Source: Alphaproteobacteria bacterium (GTDB lineage: Bacteria; Pseudomonadota; Alphaproteobacteria; Rs-D84). From it: a stretch of 64,000 bases of DNA. The stretch is from assembly GCA_024402715.1 (NCBI GenBank), contig JAKSTF010000001.1:78924-142923 (forward strand). The letters run 5' to 3'. Below are positions 1 through 10,945 of this stretch, one piece after another. The position numbers and the translations under genes were made by a program. Under the pieces are notes generated by a model, which saw nothing but the letters and a program-made list of their open reading frames with translations, had not been told where the DNA came from and searched no databases. Each line of letters opens with the position of its first letter. Within the stretch, counting starts at the first letter, position 1.

Positions 1-2226
<2,226 letters not shown>

Positions 2227-2308
2227 TTATGGTATAATTATCAAGAAAAAAGGATATATAAATCCCAACATTTTATATTCGAACTGTACAAATCAAGGAC
2301 GCAACAAA

Positions 2309-2878
2309 ATGAAATTTAAACTGTTGTATTTTGGCGATATTTTTGTTAATCCCAAACGACGCACACAACATATCGCAGATATCCGGATGCAATTTCATCC
2401 GCAATTAAAAAAATTGGTCGAACATCAGCCATGGAATAATTTAACAAAATTCATGGAACCTGGGGCGACAAAAAGTCCAATAACCACACGACATGTTGGC
2501 GGAATAGATTGGAATCCGATTATTACCCCAAATCTAAAATTATTAGCAGAATTAGATATTTTAATTATGCACCCCGAAATTATTGGCGTTCCACGTAGTG
2601 ATATAGATAACCGTGTAAAAACATTATTTGATGGTCTGCGTTGTCCACAAAATGAGCATGAAATTGGCGACAACACACCACGTGATATCGGACCGATTTA
2701 TACATTATTAGATGATGATCATTTGATAACAAAAATGTCAGTTAATACCAGCCATATGCTATCAACACACATGTTCAACCCGAACATTGCACGTTCACAG
2801 GATACGCTGTTTATGCTGATTGATGTAAATGTACGCGTTGCCGAGGGAACCTTAGAAAACCTGCCATTTATGGTATAA
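2309..2878 (+). CDS. Hypothetical protein with a RusA-like (Holliday-junction resolvase family) acidic motif
   Basis: Track ORF 2210..2878, trimmed to ATG 2309 (MKFKLLYFGD) behind AAGGA at 2295-2299. Motif RSDIDNRVKTLFDGL ... LLDDDHLI resembles RusA R-x-D-L-D-N-x-x-K-x-x-x-D-A-L ... DD-x-x-V. Followed by a terminator hairpin. Confidence 0.6.
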   Translation: MKFKLLYFGDIFVNPKRRTQHIADIRMQFHPQLKKLVEHQPWNNLTKFMEPGATKSPITTRHVGGIDWNPIITPNLKLLAELDILIMHPEIIGVPRSDIDNRVKTLFDGLRCPQNEHEIGDNTPRDIGPIYTLLDDDHLITKMSVNTSHMLSTHMFNPNIARSQDTLFMLIDVNVRVAEGTLENLPFMV

Positions 2879-2880
2879 AT

Positions 2881-2911
2881 AAAAAACACCGGCTTTTGCT
2901 GGTGTTTTTTT
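2881..2911. terminator. Bidirectional intrinsic terminator between convergent genes
   Basis: AAAAAACACCGGC-TTTT-GCTGGTGTTTTTTT: A-run, GC stem with one G-U pair, then T-run. Confidence 0.8.
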
Positions 2912-4475
2912 AATTTGATGAATGATACGTTTCACCATTATATTGCACATTTATACTCCCAGACAAATCCCCAAGTATCAAATTACCATAACATATTTGA
3001 CCTGTCGGACTTTTCACATGAAGCGCCGGACGTGTTACCAGTGATTTATCACTGTATAATTGCACAGCAACACCTGTCGATGTTTTTAATTTTTGAAAAC
3101 CAGCATCACATACCGGACACGGATCTTCATCTGTACAATTACGACACACTGCAACCCCATCAATTATTCGTTGATCATTGCCTACGCCCGCAGACATTGT
3201 ACCGGTCGGACATTGTTTATCCATCAAAGTCGCCCCCGTAAACATTCCAGAATATACATTTGCATCACCACCAGTAATTTGTGCTAATAATTGTTTTGGG
3301 ATATATCCCGTTAACTTTGCACAATTTGCAAACGTTCCGGCAAACATATTTGAAATCGCATCGCCTTTCACGCCTTCAAACAGATTTTCCGGTAATGGTC
3401 CTGATAAATTCAAACATCCAGAAAATGTATTTTGAAACCCCTGTTGCCCCCCAGGAACCGTGGCAAAAACCTTTCCCAAAGAACCACTGAGCTTAATTAA
3501 TTTTAAATTATTTTGAAAACTTATTGCTGGATTTGCATTCGTTGTTGCCTGTCCATTAATAACAATATTATATTGACCGCTTGTCTGGTATTCACAGGTA
3601 ATAACATGTGTTCCCGAAGTATTATAATTTTGCGTTGTTGCAGATTCTCCATTGCCACAATCAATAACAAAATTTCCGGCTGTATTTATTTCAAAACTAA
3701 ATGTTTTATCAAAATTATCAATATTAACAGTTGCCGTAAATACCGTTTCATCTGGCCTACATATTACCCAACCAGTTACCTCATTTATTCCTTTTTGAAC
3801 TGTTCCTGTTGGACATTGTATCGTTGCAATTACGGTATTATCAAACGTTCCATTAAATGCTGTATTATCATCTGTTCCTGTTATATCTTTGAAAATTTCT
3901 GTTGCATCACCCGATACATTTTTATCACCATTAAACGTATCTTTGAACATATTATTTTCGGCACTGCCTGAAATGCCATCAAATATACCCGATGGTATTG
4001 TGCCTGTCAAATTCGAACATCCCTTAAACGTTTCGATAAATACGGGCTGCGACCCATCTGATAACGTTGGAAATATATGTCCTAGATTTCCGGATATACT
4101 GGATAATTTTCCACCATTACTACAATAAAAGGTCAATACCGCATTATAATTACTGGCCCAATTAGCCCCCTTATTATAATCATATGCCGTAGCCAGACCG
4201 TCTAAAGAAATTGTGTATTGAACAGGATTCTTGTTATTATTTGGATAATTGTGCGATGCTTGGACTTTTTGTCCTTTACCTGGATTTGAGACAATTGTTT
4301 CAACCGTACCATCGCCCCAATCAATCGTAAATGTCCCAGTTGCCCCAAACCATATCCCCATCCAACCCGGATTCGGCGTCGTCTGAATATAAAATGCTGC
4401 AAATGCACTGCGTGCAAAAAATGCACACAAGAAAAATATTGTCAAAAATATGTACGTCCGTACTATTTTCAGCAT
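2910..4475 (-). CDS. Secreted 521-aa protein with two tandem modules (PKD-like beta domain plus LRR-like F-x-x-C-x-N-L-T/S-G-x-I/L-P repeats plus a QCPTGT Cys motif)
   Basis: Sec signal MLKIVRTYIFLTIFFLCAFFARSAFA|A. Module 1 reads TFTIDWGDGTVE..SHNY..QYTISLDG ... FKGCSNLTGTIPSGIFDGISG..NMFKDTF ... QCPTGT. Module 2 reads NFVIDCGNGESA..TCEY..QYNIVINGQ ... FSGCLNLSGPLPENLFEGVKG..NMFAGTFANCAKLTGYIP ... QCPTGT. Confidence 0.8.
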   Translation of the reverse strand: MLKIVRTYIFLTIFFLCAFFARSAFAAFYIQTTPNPGWMGIWFGATGTFTIDWGDGTVETIVSNPGKGQKVQASHNYPNNNKNPVQYTISLDGLATAYDYNKGANWASNYNAVLTFYCSNGGKLSSISGNLGHIFPTLSDGSQPVFIETFKGCSNLTGTIPSGIFDGISGSAENNMFKDTFNGDKNVSGDATEIFKDITGTDDNTAFNGTFDNTVIATIQCPTGTVQKGINEVTGWVICRPDETVFTATVNIDNFDKTFSFEINTAGNFVIDCGNGESATTQNYNTSGTHVITCEYQTSGQYNIVINGQATTNANPAISFQNNLKLIKLSGSLGKVFATVPGGQQGFQNTFSGCLNLSGPLPENLFEGVKGDAISNMFAGTFANCAKLTGYIPKQLLAQITGGDANVYSGMFTGATLMDKQCPTGTMSAGVGNDQRIIDGVAVCRNCTDEDPCPVCDAGFQKLKTSTGVAVQLYSDKSLVTRPALHVKSPTGQICYGNLILGDLSGSINVQYNGETYHSSN

Positions 4476-4670
4476 TTACCATCCATATATAGTTTTCGCA
4501 CAAAACAAAACGTGTTTTATACGAAATTATTGTTCTAATAACACAGTTCCTACATTCAATTAATCGATTTTTGAATGCAAAACCCCATTATTATATTTGG
4601 ATAGTACAAAATTGGTAAAAATAATACAACGATATATTTTTAAAGTAAAAACAAACAGATAAAGCTATAT

Positions 4671-5741
4671 TTATGATAATACAGCCGTCAATTGATCCTG
4701 CATTTGAAACGTCCCCAACACAACCCATGCAATTATTGCTGATACCAACAATATTCCTAAACTGTTCATTATATTGGAAATTGATTCCATTTTTCGAATT
4801 GATTCCGATAAATAATCATCTGCAACACGTGATAAATTATTTGCAAAACCGTTCATATCCGCATATATCGTTAAATCGCCGATTAATTCTGTATTTGGAA
4901 AATCACGTCCTGTTTTTGATAAAGCCGCCCCTAAATTATCACCATTTGCAATATATCGCAAAGTCACACTTAAAATGTTACGTAAATACCGATTTGATGA
5001 ATCTGCCAACATCCGCATTGCATTTGGAATAGTTACACCAGCAGATAACATAGCCGCCAACGACATTAACCATCCAACAGACATATTTATTTTATAAATA
5101 TTCCATGGTGGCAACTTATCAATTTTTGCACGTAACCAACCTGCCCAATTTGGCAAACTGAACCAAATCAAACCAACAACAGTTGCAAAAACAATCACGA
5201 ACAGATACCAATATTTTATGGAAAAATCAGATAACCATATTAATGCTGATGCAGCAGATTGCCACATAACACCGGGCCCCGCAACCTCAACCAATGGTGG
5301 AACCAAATATAGACCAACCATGATAATTATGCCAAATGTTAACGCTAATAAAAACAAAGGATATGCAACCGCACCAATCATTGCACGGCGAATTCTTTGA
5401 ACACCACCAACGACCCGTCCAACATTTTCCAATGCAACAACCAAATCCGATATATTTCCCGATGTAACTAACAAAATTTCTTCTGGTGGCAACCATTCCC
5501 GTGTTGCATCAGAAAAACTCATTCCACGTTCTAAATTAATTTGCCATTGACGCATTGCAATTGCAAACGGTTCCCCATTCTTTGTTCCACCATGCGATTC
5601 AATAGACTCTAAACGAGTTAATGCATCCATTAAATTAAAATCATTACGTAACATAGATGCCAATTTACGCAGTATTGCCATACGTTTATCAATACTATTT
5701 CTAAAGACCAGTTTAGCATACCACAATTCTATTTTACTCAT
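4671..5741 (-). CDS. GspF/PilC-family inner-membrane platform protein (R64 PilR / TcpE / BfpE-like)
   Basis: 356 aa with two repeated T2SS-F-like halves, each followed by hydrophobic helices (AVAYPLFLLALTFGIIIMVGLYLV; NSLGILLVSAIIAWVVLGTF). Abuts the ATPase gene with a 1-nt gap. Confidence 0.8.
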   Translation of the reverse strand: MSKIELWYAKLVFRNSIDKRMAILRKLASMLRNDFNLMDALTRLESIESHGGTKNGEPFAIAMRQWQINLERGMSFSDATREWLPPEEILLVTSGNISDLVVALENVGRVVGGVQRIRRAMIGAVAYPLFLLALTFGIIIMVGLYLVPPLVEVAGPGVMWQSAASALIWLSDFSIKYWYLFVIVFATVVGLIWFSLPNWAGWLRAKIDKLPPWNIYKINMSVGWLMSLAAMLSAGVTIPNAMRMLADSSNRYLRNILSVTLRYIANGDNLGAALSKTGRDFPNTELIGDLTIYADMNGFANNLSRVADDYLSESIRKMESISNIMNSLGILLVSAIIAWVVLGTFQMQDQLTAVLS

Positions 5742-5742
5742 A

Positions 5743-7386
5743 TTAATACACTCCTGGCCTGTCTAATAATCCAACCCAACGCTCCAATTCATCAACACCG
5801 ATAATTCCCTGTAACATTAATTCAGCAGCAGCTTCTTTCAAAGTACGCCCTTCCATTTCTTCTAACCAATATCGTACAGCACCATCTGTATCACCCATCA
5901 ATGCCAAACGCAAAAATTCACTGTTTGTAATAATAATTTCACCGGCTTTAATACGGCCAAATGTTCCAGTTCCATTACAATGTTCGCACCCTATACCCCG
6001 AACATACACCTGGCGTAATCCCAATTGACCATATGCATCCAACACACGTTTATATGCCGGATTTTCTGGATGTTCTATTAACCGTTGTCGACAATGGGGA
6101 CATAATTTTTTAAACAAACGCATTGATACCAAACCACGCATTAACGTTTCGTCTTTTAATTTAAATGCTTCTATACCTAAATCCAATAAACGTGTTAATG
6201 CAGCCATTGCAGAATTAGCATGCAATGTTGTCCAAACATTATGACCCGATAAAGCACCACGTACAGTCAATTCGGCAGCTGCCAATGTTCTGATTTCACC
6301 AACCATTAACGTATCCGGATCACTACGTAATGCCGCTGCCAATGCTTCTGTATATTTGTCTTCGCGTTGTTCTTCATTTGTTGTATTAACAACTGGCATT
6401 TGATGTGCCCCAAAAATCTTTTGTTCAACGGGGTTTTCCACCGTGATCAAATTTATTTCATAATTACGTTCCTTTAACATCATCGACATATTACGAACCA
6501 ATGTCGTTGATTTTCCCGAACTGGTTGGCCCGGCAACAATTATCAACCCAGTTGGAAATGACCGCAAACGCATTAATAATTTTTGTTCATATTCGCCAAA
6601 TTCTTGCTCTGTTTTAATACCTTCGGATGGATTATCGTATAACAAACGCATTACAACATAACGACTACCAAAGGCAACCGGATTAAATTGCATACGAATA
6701 CTTAAAATTCCTAATGGTAAATATAAATCTTTAGTACCACGTAATGGTGTACGCCCATCTTTTTGTGCAGATTGATATTCATTTTGTGCATAGTTTGCGT
6801 TTGACATATCAGCAGATGCAAACGCAGCACGAACAAACGATTCACCCCAACCCGCATTATATTCCAACACCGGTTGCATGCTTCCATCTATGCGAAAATA
6901 AATTGTTGTTTGATCTGCAACCTCTATATGTATATCAGACACTTGTTGGGCAGCCGCCTTGGCAATAATATCAACAAAATTTTTCTGCATTTGATTGTCA
7001 AAATCACGGCTATTACGTCCATGTCCACCCAAACGACTATCATACGTTTTATATATTGCAGATACCAATCCTAAATCAGAATAAAACGGTTTACGCATTG
7101 GTATACCACTGCGTATTAATAAATCAATAAATGCTAATACCCGCCCATCATATCTGTGCGTCCGTGAAACGATTAATTCCCCACCAGAAAAATACGCAAT
7201 AATCCCCTGGGTATCACGTGGCAATTCTTGACTTCCACCGGCCGCCGTTAACAAACGATTTCCATTTGAAAACAAATAATCAACAATGTCTTTGATATCG
7301 GCATTTTCCAACCCTGCAGGGACAGATGGGTGATCCGCGACTGAATCAACATTATTTTTTAATGTATTCTTTTTTGTAGTTTTCAT
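5743..7386 (-). CDS. GspE/PilB-family secretion/pilus-assembly ATPase (R64 PilQ-like)
   Basis: Walker A AGPTSSGKSTT, Asp-box/Walker B region DPDTLMVGEIRT, His box VWTTLHANSA, tetracysteine CPHC..(x)..CEHCNGTG. Confidence 0.9.
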   Translation of the reverse strand: MKTTKKNTLKNNVDSVADHPSVPAGLENADIKDIVDYLFSNGNRLLTAAGGSQELPRDTQGIIAYFSGGELIVSRTHRYDGRVLAFIDLLIRSGIPMRKPFYSDLGLVSAIYKTYDSRLGGHGRNSRDFDNQMQKNFVDIIAKAAAQQVSDIHIEVADQTTIYFRIDGSMQPVLEYNAGWGESFVRAAFASADMSNANYAQNEYQSAQKDGRTPLRGTKDLYLPLGILSIRMQFNPVAFGSRYVVMRLLYDNPSEGIKTEQEFGEYEQKLLMRLRSFPTGLIIVAGPTSSGKSTTLVRNMSMMLKERNYEINLITVENPVEQKIFGAHQMPVVNTTNEEQREDKYTEALAAALRSDPDTLMVGEIRTLAAAELTVRGALSGHNVWTTLHANSAMAALTRLLDLGIEAFKLKDETLMRGLVSMRLFKKLCPHCRQRLIEHPENPAYKRVLDAYGQLGLRQVYVRGIGCEHCNGTGTFGRIKAGEIIITNSEFLRLALMGDTDGAVRYWLEEMEGRTLKEAAAELMLQGIIGVDELERWVGLLDRPGVY

Positions 7387-7406
7387 CTGTCAGCATCCCA
7401 ATTATT

Positions 7407-8159
7407 TTAATCATGTTTTGCCCCAACATTTAATGATTGAATGTCATTATTTTCTGTATTAACAAATACAACACCATCATCTAATGAAATCGATTTTACT
7501 GTATAGCCATCTAAAACCTTACCTACACCAATTTTACGTTTTTGACCAGATATTAGATCTGTAATAGTTGCTTGCAACTGATTACCTGCACCAATTACAT
7601 TAATTAGTTTGTACCTTTCACTGAAAATAACGGATACATTTTCTTCAGCCTGTGCAGCTGTATTATCAACATGATGCTGTACGGTACTACTAGAAGATTT
7701 TAAATCATTTTCACGGGCCGCTAATGCTGCTTTTTCGTGTTCCAATTCTGCAACTTCGGCTTCTAATTTTGCACGTGCTGTCTCTATTTCTAATTGCTGT
7801 TGTTCAGCTTTGTCTGACAAATTATCAATTTCCATATGCAATTTAATTTTTTCAGCAGCTAATCTATCTAAATCCAGATCCAATTGGGCACGTTCTTTTT
7901 CCAACTGCATCAAAACTTTTTCCTGTTCTAAATTTGTAATTTGTTCAAACAAAGAACCATCTACCTTGTATTTTGATACAGCCTGAGCAGAAACGGATTC
8001 CATTTCAGCATCTACAGACGCATCCTCATTTTCATCAACGGCTGTTTCTGTAATTACAATTTCTTCATCCATAACATCTTCTGCATATGCATTTAAGTTA
8101 AAACAAAAAAATGCTACAACAATGGAATAAACAAAAATAAATTTTAAATTATTTTGCAT
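7407..8159 (-). CDS. Exported coiled-coil protein with a PilP/GspC-HR-like C-terminal beta domain (tentative)
   Basis: Signal peptide ..FNLNAYA|ED, acidic stretch, ~90-aa heptad-rich region (LEQEKVLMQLEKERAQLDLDLDRLAAEKIKL..), and C-terminal YKLINVIGAGNQLQATITDLISGQKRKIGVGKVLDGYTVKSISLDDGVVFV. Overlaps the upstream gene by 11 nt. Confidence 0.55.
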   Translation of the reverse strand: MQNNLKFIFVYSIVVAFFCFNLNAYAEDVMDEEIVITETAVDENEDASVDAEMESVSAQAVSKYKVDGSLFEQITNLEQEKVLMQLEKERAQLDLDLDRLAAEKIKLHMEIDNLSDKAEQQQLEIETARAKLEAEVAELEHEKAALAARENDLKSSSSTVQHHVDNTAAQAEENVSVIFSERYKLINVIGAGNQLQATITDLISGQKRKIGVGKVLDGYTVKSISLDDGVVFVNTENNDIQSLNVGAKHD

Positions 8160-9417
8160 AGATTATCACCTCATAGTTCCATGTACGATCTGTGACGTCC
8201 CATACGCTGCGCGTCATATAGACACCACTAAAATCATCAAAAATTTTCATAAATTGCATTGGCGCCAATTTGGATTCCACTGCAATCTCGACAACATTCA
8301 GCACAACCGTCTCGACACCATTTGTCAAAACATCAGATGTTACATCCACATCTACCGGCATTGCAGCAGATTGAAATGCTGTTCGCACAGCACGTGCTAC
8401 ACTGTCCGCATCACGTTCTTCAACAGAAGAATTTGTTGCTACCTGTGGTAACGCGACACGAACATTTACAGAATTTGGTGATTGTTCAACAACAAATGCC
8501 CCAGGAATTAATTCAGTGGCAATATCGTAAAAACTTGTTAATGTTCCAAATTGACGTGAAAAGGCGGCAATCGCATGTGTGGTATCACATTCAACAGAAA
8601 CTTGACGCCAACCATAAATTGATTGCATTAATAACCCAATTGCCCGATAACACATATCCGCCCGCAACGCCACATCTGGCAATTTATCATATGGCAAAAC
8701 GATTGGATCTGGTTCCGGAACGACTTCTTTGACTATTTCAAATTGTTCATCCAATTGTTTATTTTTCTCGTCAATTTGCCGATGATATTCTGCCGCCAAT
8801 TCCGGATCAATTTGCGAAATCTGTGGACGCGGCATTATCATTTGAATAATCGGTTCGTAAAATATCATCCAAAAACTAACACAAAAACCAATCATTAATA
8901 CAAATGACCACAAAAATGCTCTACCACGACTGATGGGCCGCAATTTTCCATGAACATTATTATGAATTAGATCATACAAATTATGTTCTGTTGCCCGCGG
9001 CATTCCCCATCCAGCCGGCGCAAACAAAGCCCCCCAATCAGGAATTTCAGATAACTTAAAATATTCAGCCCGTGCATCTTCTGCATGCGCAAAAATTGTA
9101 TCAGTTAAAATAACCCCATTACGAACAGCAAGCAAATAAAAACCATGCCCTGTATCAAACACCCCCAAAAAAGAATTATATTCTGTTAATGTATTAACAA
9201 TTTCTGCCGCGGCACTTGGCATTCCAACGCGATGCCCCATTCGTCGTGCCCCCAAGCCTAACATAGAATGATATTCTGTAAACAGGTTTAAATTTTTGTT
9301 TATTTTATACGCCAATGAACGTGCAAATGCACGTTGGTTACCCACCATCGCCATGGGTTGCCAAAACAATCCAACAGCGTATTTTTTTCGATTAATTGTA
9401 ATTACTTGTGCTGACAA
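8149..9417 (-). CDS. Bitopic inner-membrane pilus-assembly protein, R64 PilO / BfpC-like (tentative)
   Basis: 422 aa: cytoplasmic N-domain (INRKKYAVGLFWQP..), a single TM (AFLWSFVLMIGFCVSFWMIFY), and a ~220-aa C-terminal domain. It is the first gene of the four-gene string. The family call rests on architecture and synteny only. Confidence 0.5.
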   Translation of the reverse strand: MSAQVITINRKKYAVGLFWQPMAMVGNQRAFARSLAYKINKNLNLFTEYHSMLGLGARRMGHRVGMPSAAAEIVNTLTEYNSFLGVFDTGHGFYLLAVRNGVILTDTIFAHAEDARAEYFKLSEIPDWGALFAPAGWGMPRATEHNLYDLIHNNVHGKLRPISRGRAFLWSFVLMIGFCVSFWMIFYEPIIQMIMPRPQISQIDPELAAEYHRQIDEKNKQLDEQFEIVKEVVPEPDPIVLPYDKLPDVALRADMCYRAIGLLMQSIYGWRQVSVECDTTHAIAAFSRQFGTLTSFYDIATELIPGAFVVEQSPNSVNVRVALPQVATNSSVEERDADSVARAVRTAFQSAAMPVDVDVTSDVLTNGVETVVLNVVEIAVESKLAPMQFMKIFDDFSGVYMTRSVWDVTDRTWNYEVIIYAK

Positions 9418-9510
9418 TGTACCTCTCTGATCCCTGTTATGCTGATTATAACATAAAAATTATAGTTTTGGCAAACATAGAATTCGTTAATACATGATTA
9501 AAACACAATT

Positions 9511-9535
9511 AAAAAACGTCAAAATTGACGTTTTT
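9511..9535. terminator. Intrinsic terminator hairpin separating the lpx/lipoprotein transcription unit from the pilus-like operon
   Basis: AAAAAACGTCA-AAAT-TGACGTTTTT: perfect palindrome flanked by A and T runs, just downstream of the 9544 stop. Confidence 0.7.
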
Positions 9536-9543
9536 AATAAAAC

Positions 9544-9966
9544 TTAATGACACCCATAGGGTCGATTATCACAATGATTTCCGTCATCAATTATTGGAGT
9601 ATACACACCAGCCTCATCTGATGCAATCCGTGCACTGCGTGGATTTGGACAATCATAAACATTTGCTGTTAAAACAAATGCACGTTCTGGTCCAAAAACA
9701 ACCCATTCATTTGGCCGAGTTCGTTGACTGGTTATCCAATATGCATTACCTGGACGTGCCTGATCAACGATACGATTTTCCAAATAACGACGTGCATCAT
9801 CGGCGTCATAGACAGAAACCTCAGATTCCAATTTATACAAATATGTACAACCGATTGGTTCACCTTTTAATTGGGTTAAATATTCACTGCCATTTTGATT
9901 TTGTATCATTCCACCACACGCTGCCAAAACAAACGATAACACACAAAAAATAAATATTTTTTTCAT
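9544..9966 (-). CDS. Small lipoprotein (possibly DUF4156/RcsF-like fold, low certainty)
   Basis: Lipobox VLSFVLAAC|GG; 140 aa; Cys-containing C-terminus. Lies 22 nt downstream of lpxC and is followed by a terminator. Confidence 0.6.
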   Translation of the reverse strand: MKKIFIFCVLSFVLAACGGMIQNQNGSEYLTQLKGEPIGCTYLYKLESEVSVYDADDARRYLENRIVDQARPGNAYWITSQRTRPNEWVVFGPERAFVLTANVYDCPNPRSARIASDEAGVYTPIIDDGNHCDNRPYGCH

Positions 9967-9988
9967 TTTGTAAATTCCCTGTTATAAC

Positions 9989-10945
9989 TTATTGATTTTC
10001 GTCTTTTGCATAAACTATATCATAATTCAATCTATCACTGAACAATTTTTTCAACACCAAGTTATTCAATGCGTGGCTGCCTTTGAATGATTCTAAATGT
10101 CCAACGATAAAACCACCAGATGTGAACATATCTCCCAGCGCATCGATTATTTTATGACGTACAAATTCATCCGGCCAAATTGTTTCGTTTAACGTCCCAT
10201 CACCTTCGTTATTTAATGCAATAACATTATTTTCATTTGCACCGCGCCCCATACCGTGTGCCTTTAGATATTCCCATTCAGAATATTTTCCAAATGTCCG
10301 TGCACGCGAAATATTTTTAACAAAATCTGTAACAGATGCATTTGTTCCATCAAACGAGTACGTATATGTTTGACATCCAATAATTTTTTCTGGATATACC
10401 AATGTTGCAGTTATTTCTAGCTTATCTGTATTGATTGGTTCTAAACGTACAAAACCATCTGTTTTGTGACCAGAAAATTTATTAAAAAGCCACAATTTCA
10501 CACGCACAATGAATGGCAATTGGCGTATAATTTCCGTTGCATATACCGTTACAGGCCTACGCACAATAATTTTATGCATACGTCCATCAAATTTTGCCCC
10601 TGCATTTGCAAATGAATCAAAAAATATAGCAGCACTGCCATCTAAGATTGGAGTTTCCGGACCATCAATATCAATTACTGCACTATCAATTCCTGCGATA
10701 AATAATGCCGCCATTAAATGCTCAATCGTTTGAACATGTGCACCATCTGGATTACCAACGGTTGTATTGCGCATTCGTGTTTCACCAACATTATCAAAAC
10801 GCCCTGATATCAGTTCTGCCTTAGCAATATCTGTACGACGAAAATATATTCCCGTAGTATCAGATGGATTTACAACCATGCGAACAGGTAAACCAGAATG
10901 TATCCCACACCCAGAAAATTCAACTTTATTTTTTAATCCGACCAT
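9989..10945 (-). CDS. lpxC: UDP-3-O-acyl-N-acetylglucosamine deacetylase
   Basis: VEFSGCGIHSGLPVRMVVNPSDTTGIYFRRTD .. VQTIEHLMAALFIAGIDSAVIDIDGPETPILDGSA are typical LpxC blocks. Confidence 0.9.
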   Translation of the reverse strand: MVGLKNKVEFSGCGIHSGLPVRMVVNPSDTTGIYFRRTDIAKAELISGRFDNVGETRMRNTTVGNPDGAHVQTIEHLMAALFIAGIDSAVIDIDGPETPILDGSAAIFFDSFANAGAKFDGRMHKIIVRRPVTVYATEIIRQLPFIVRVKLWLFNKFSGHKTDGFVRLEPINTDKLEITATLVYPEKIIGCQTYTYSFDGTNASVTDFVKNISRARTFGKYSEWEYLKAHGMGRGANENNVIALNNEGDGTLNETIWPDEFVRHKIIDALGDMFTSGGFIVGHLESFKGSHALNNLVLKKLFSDRLNYDIVYAKDENQ

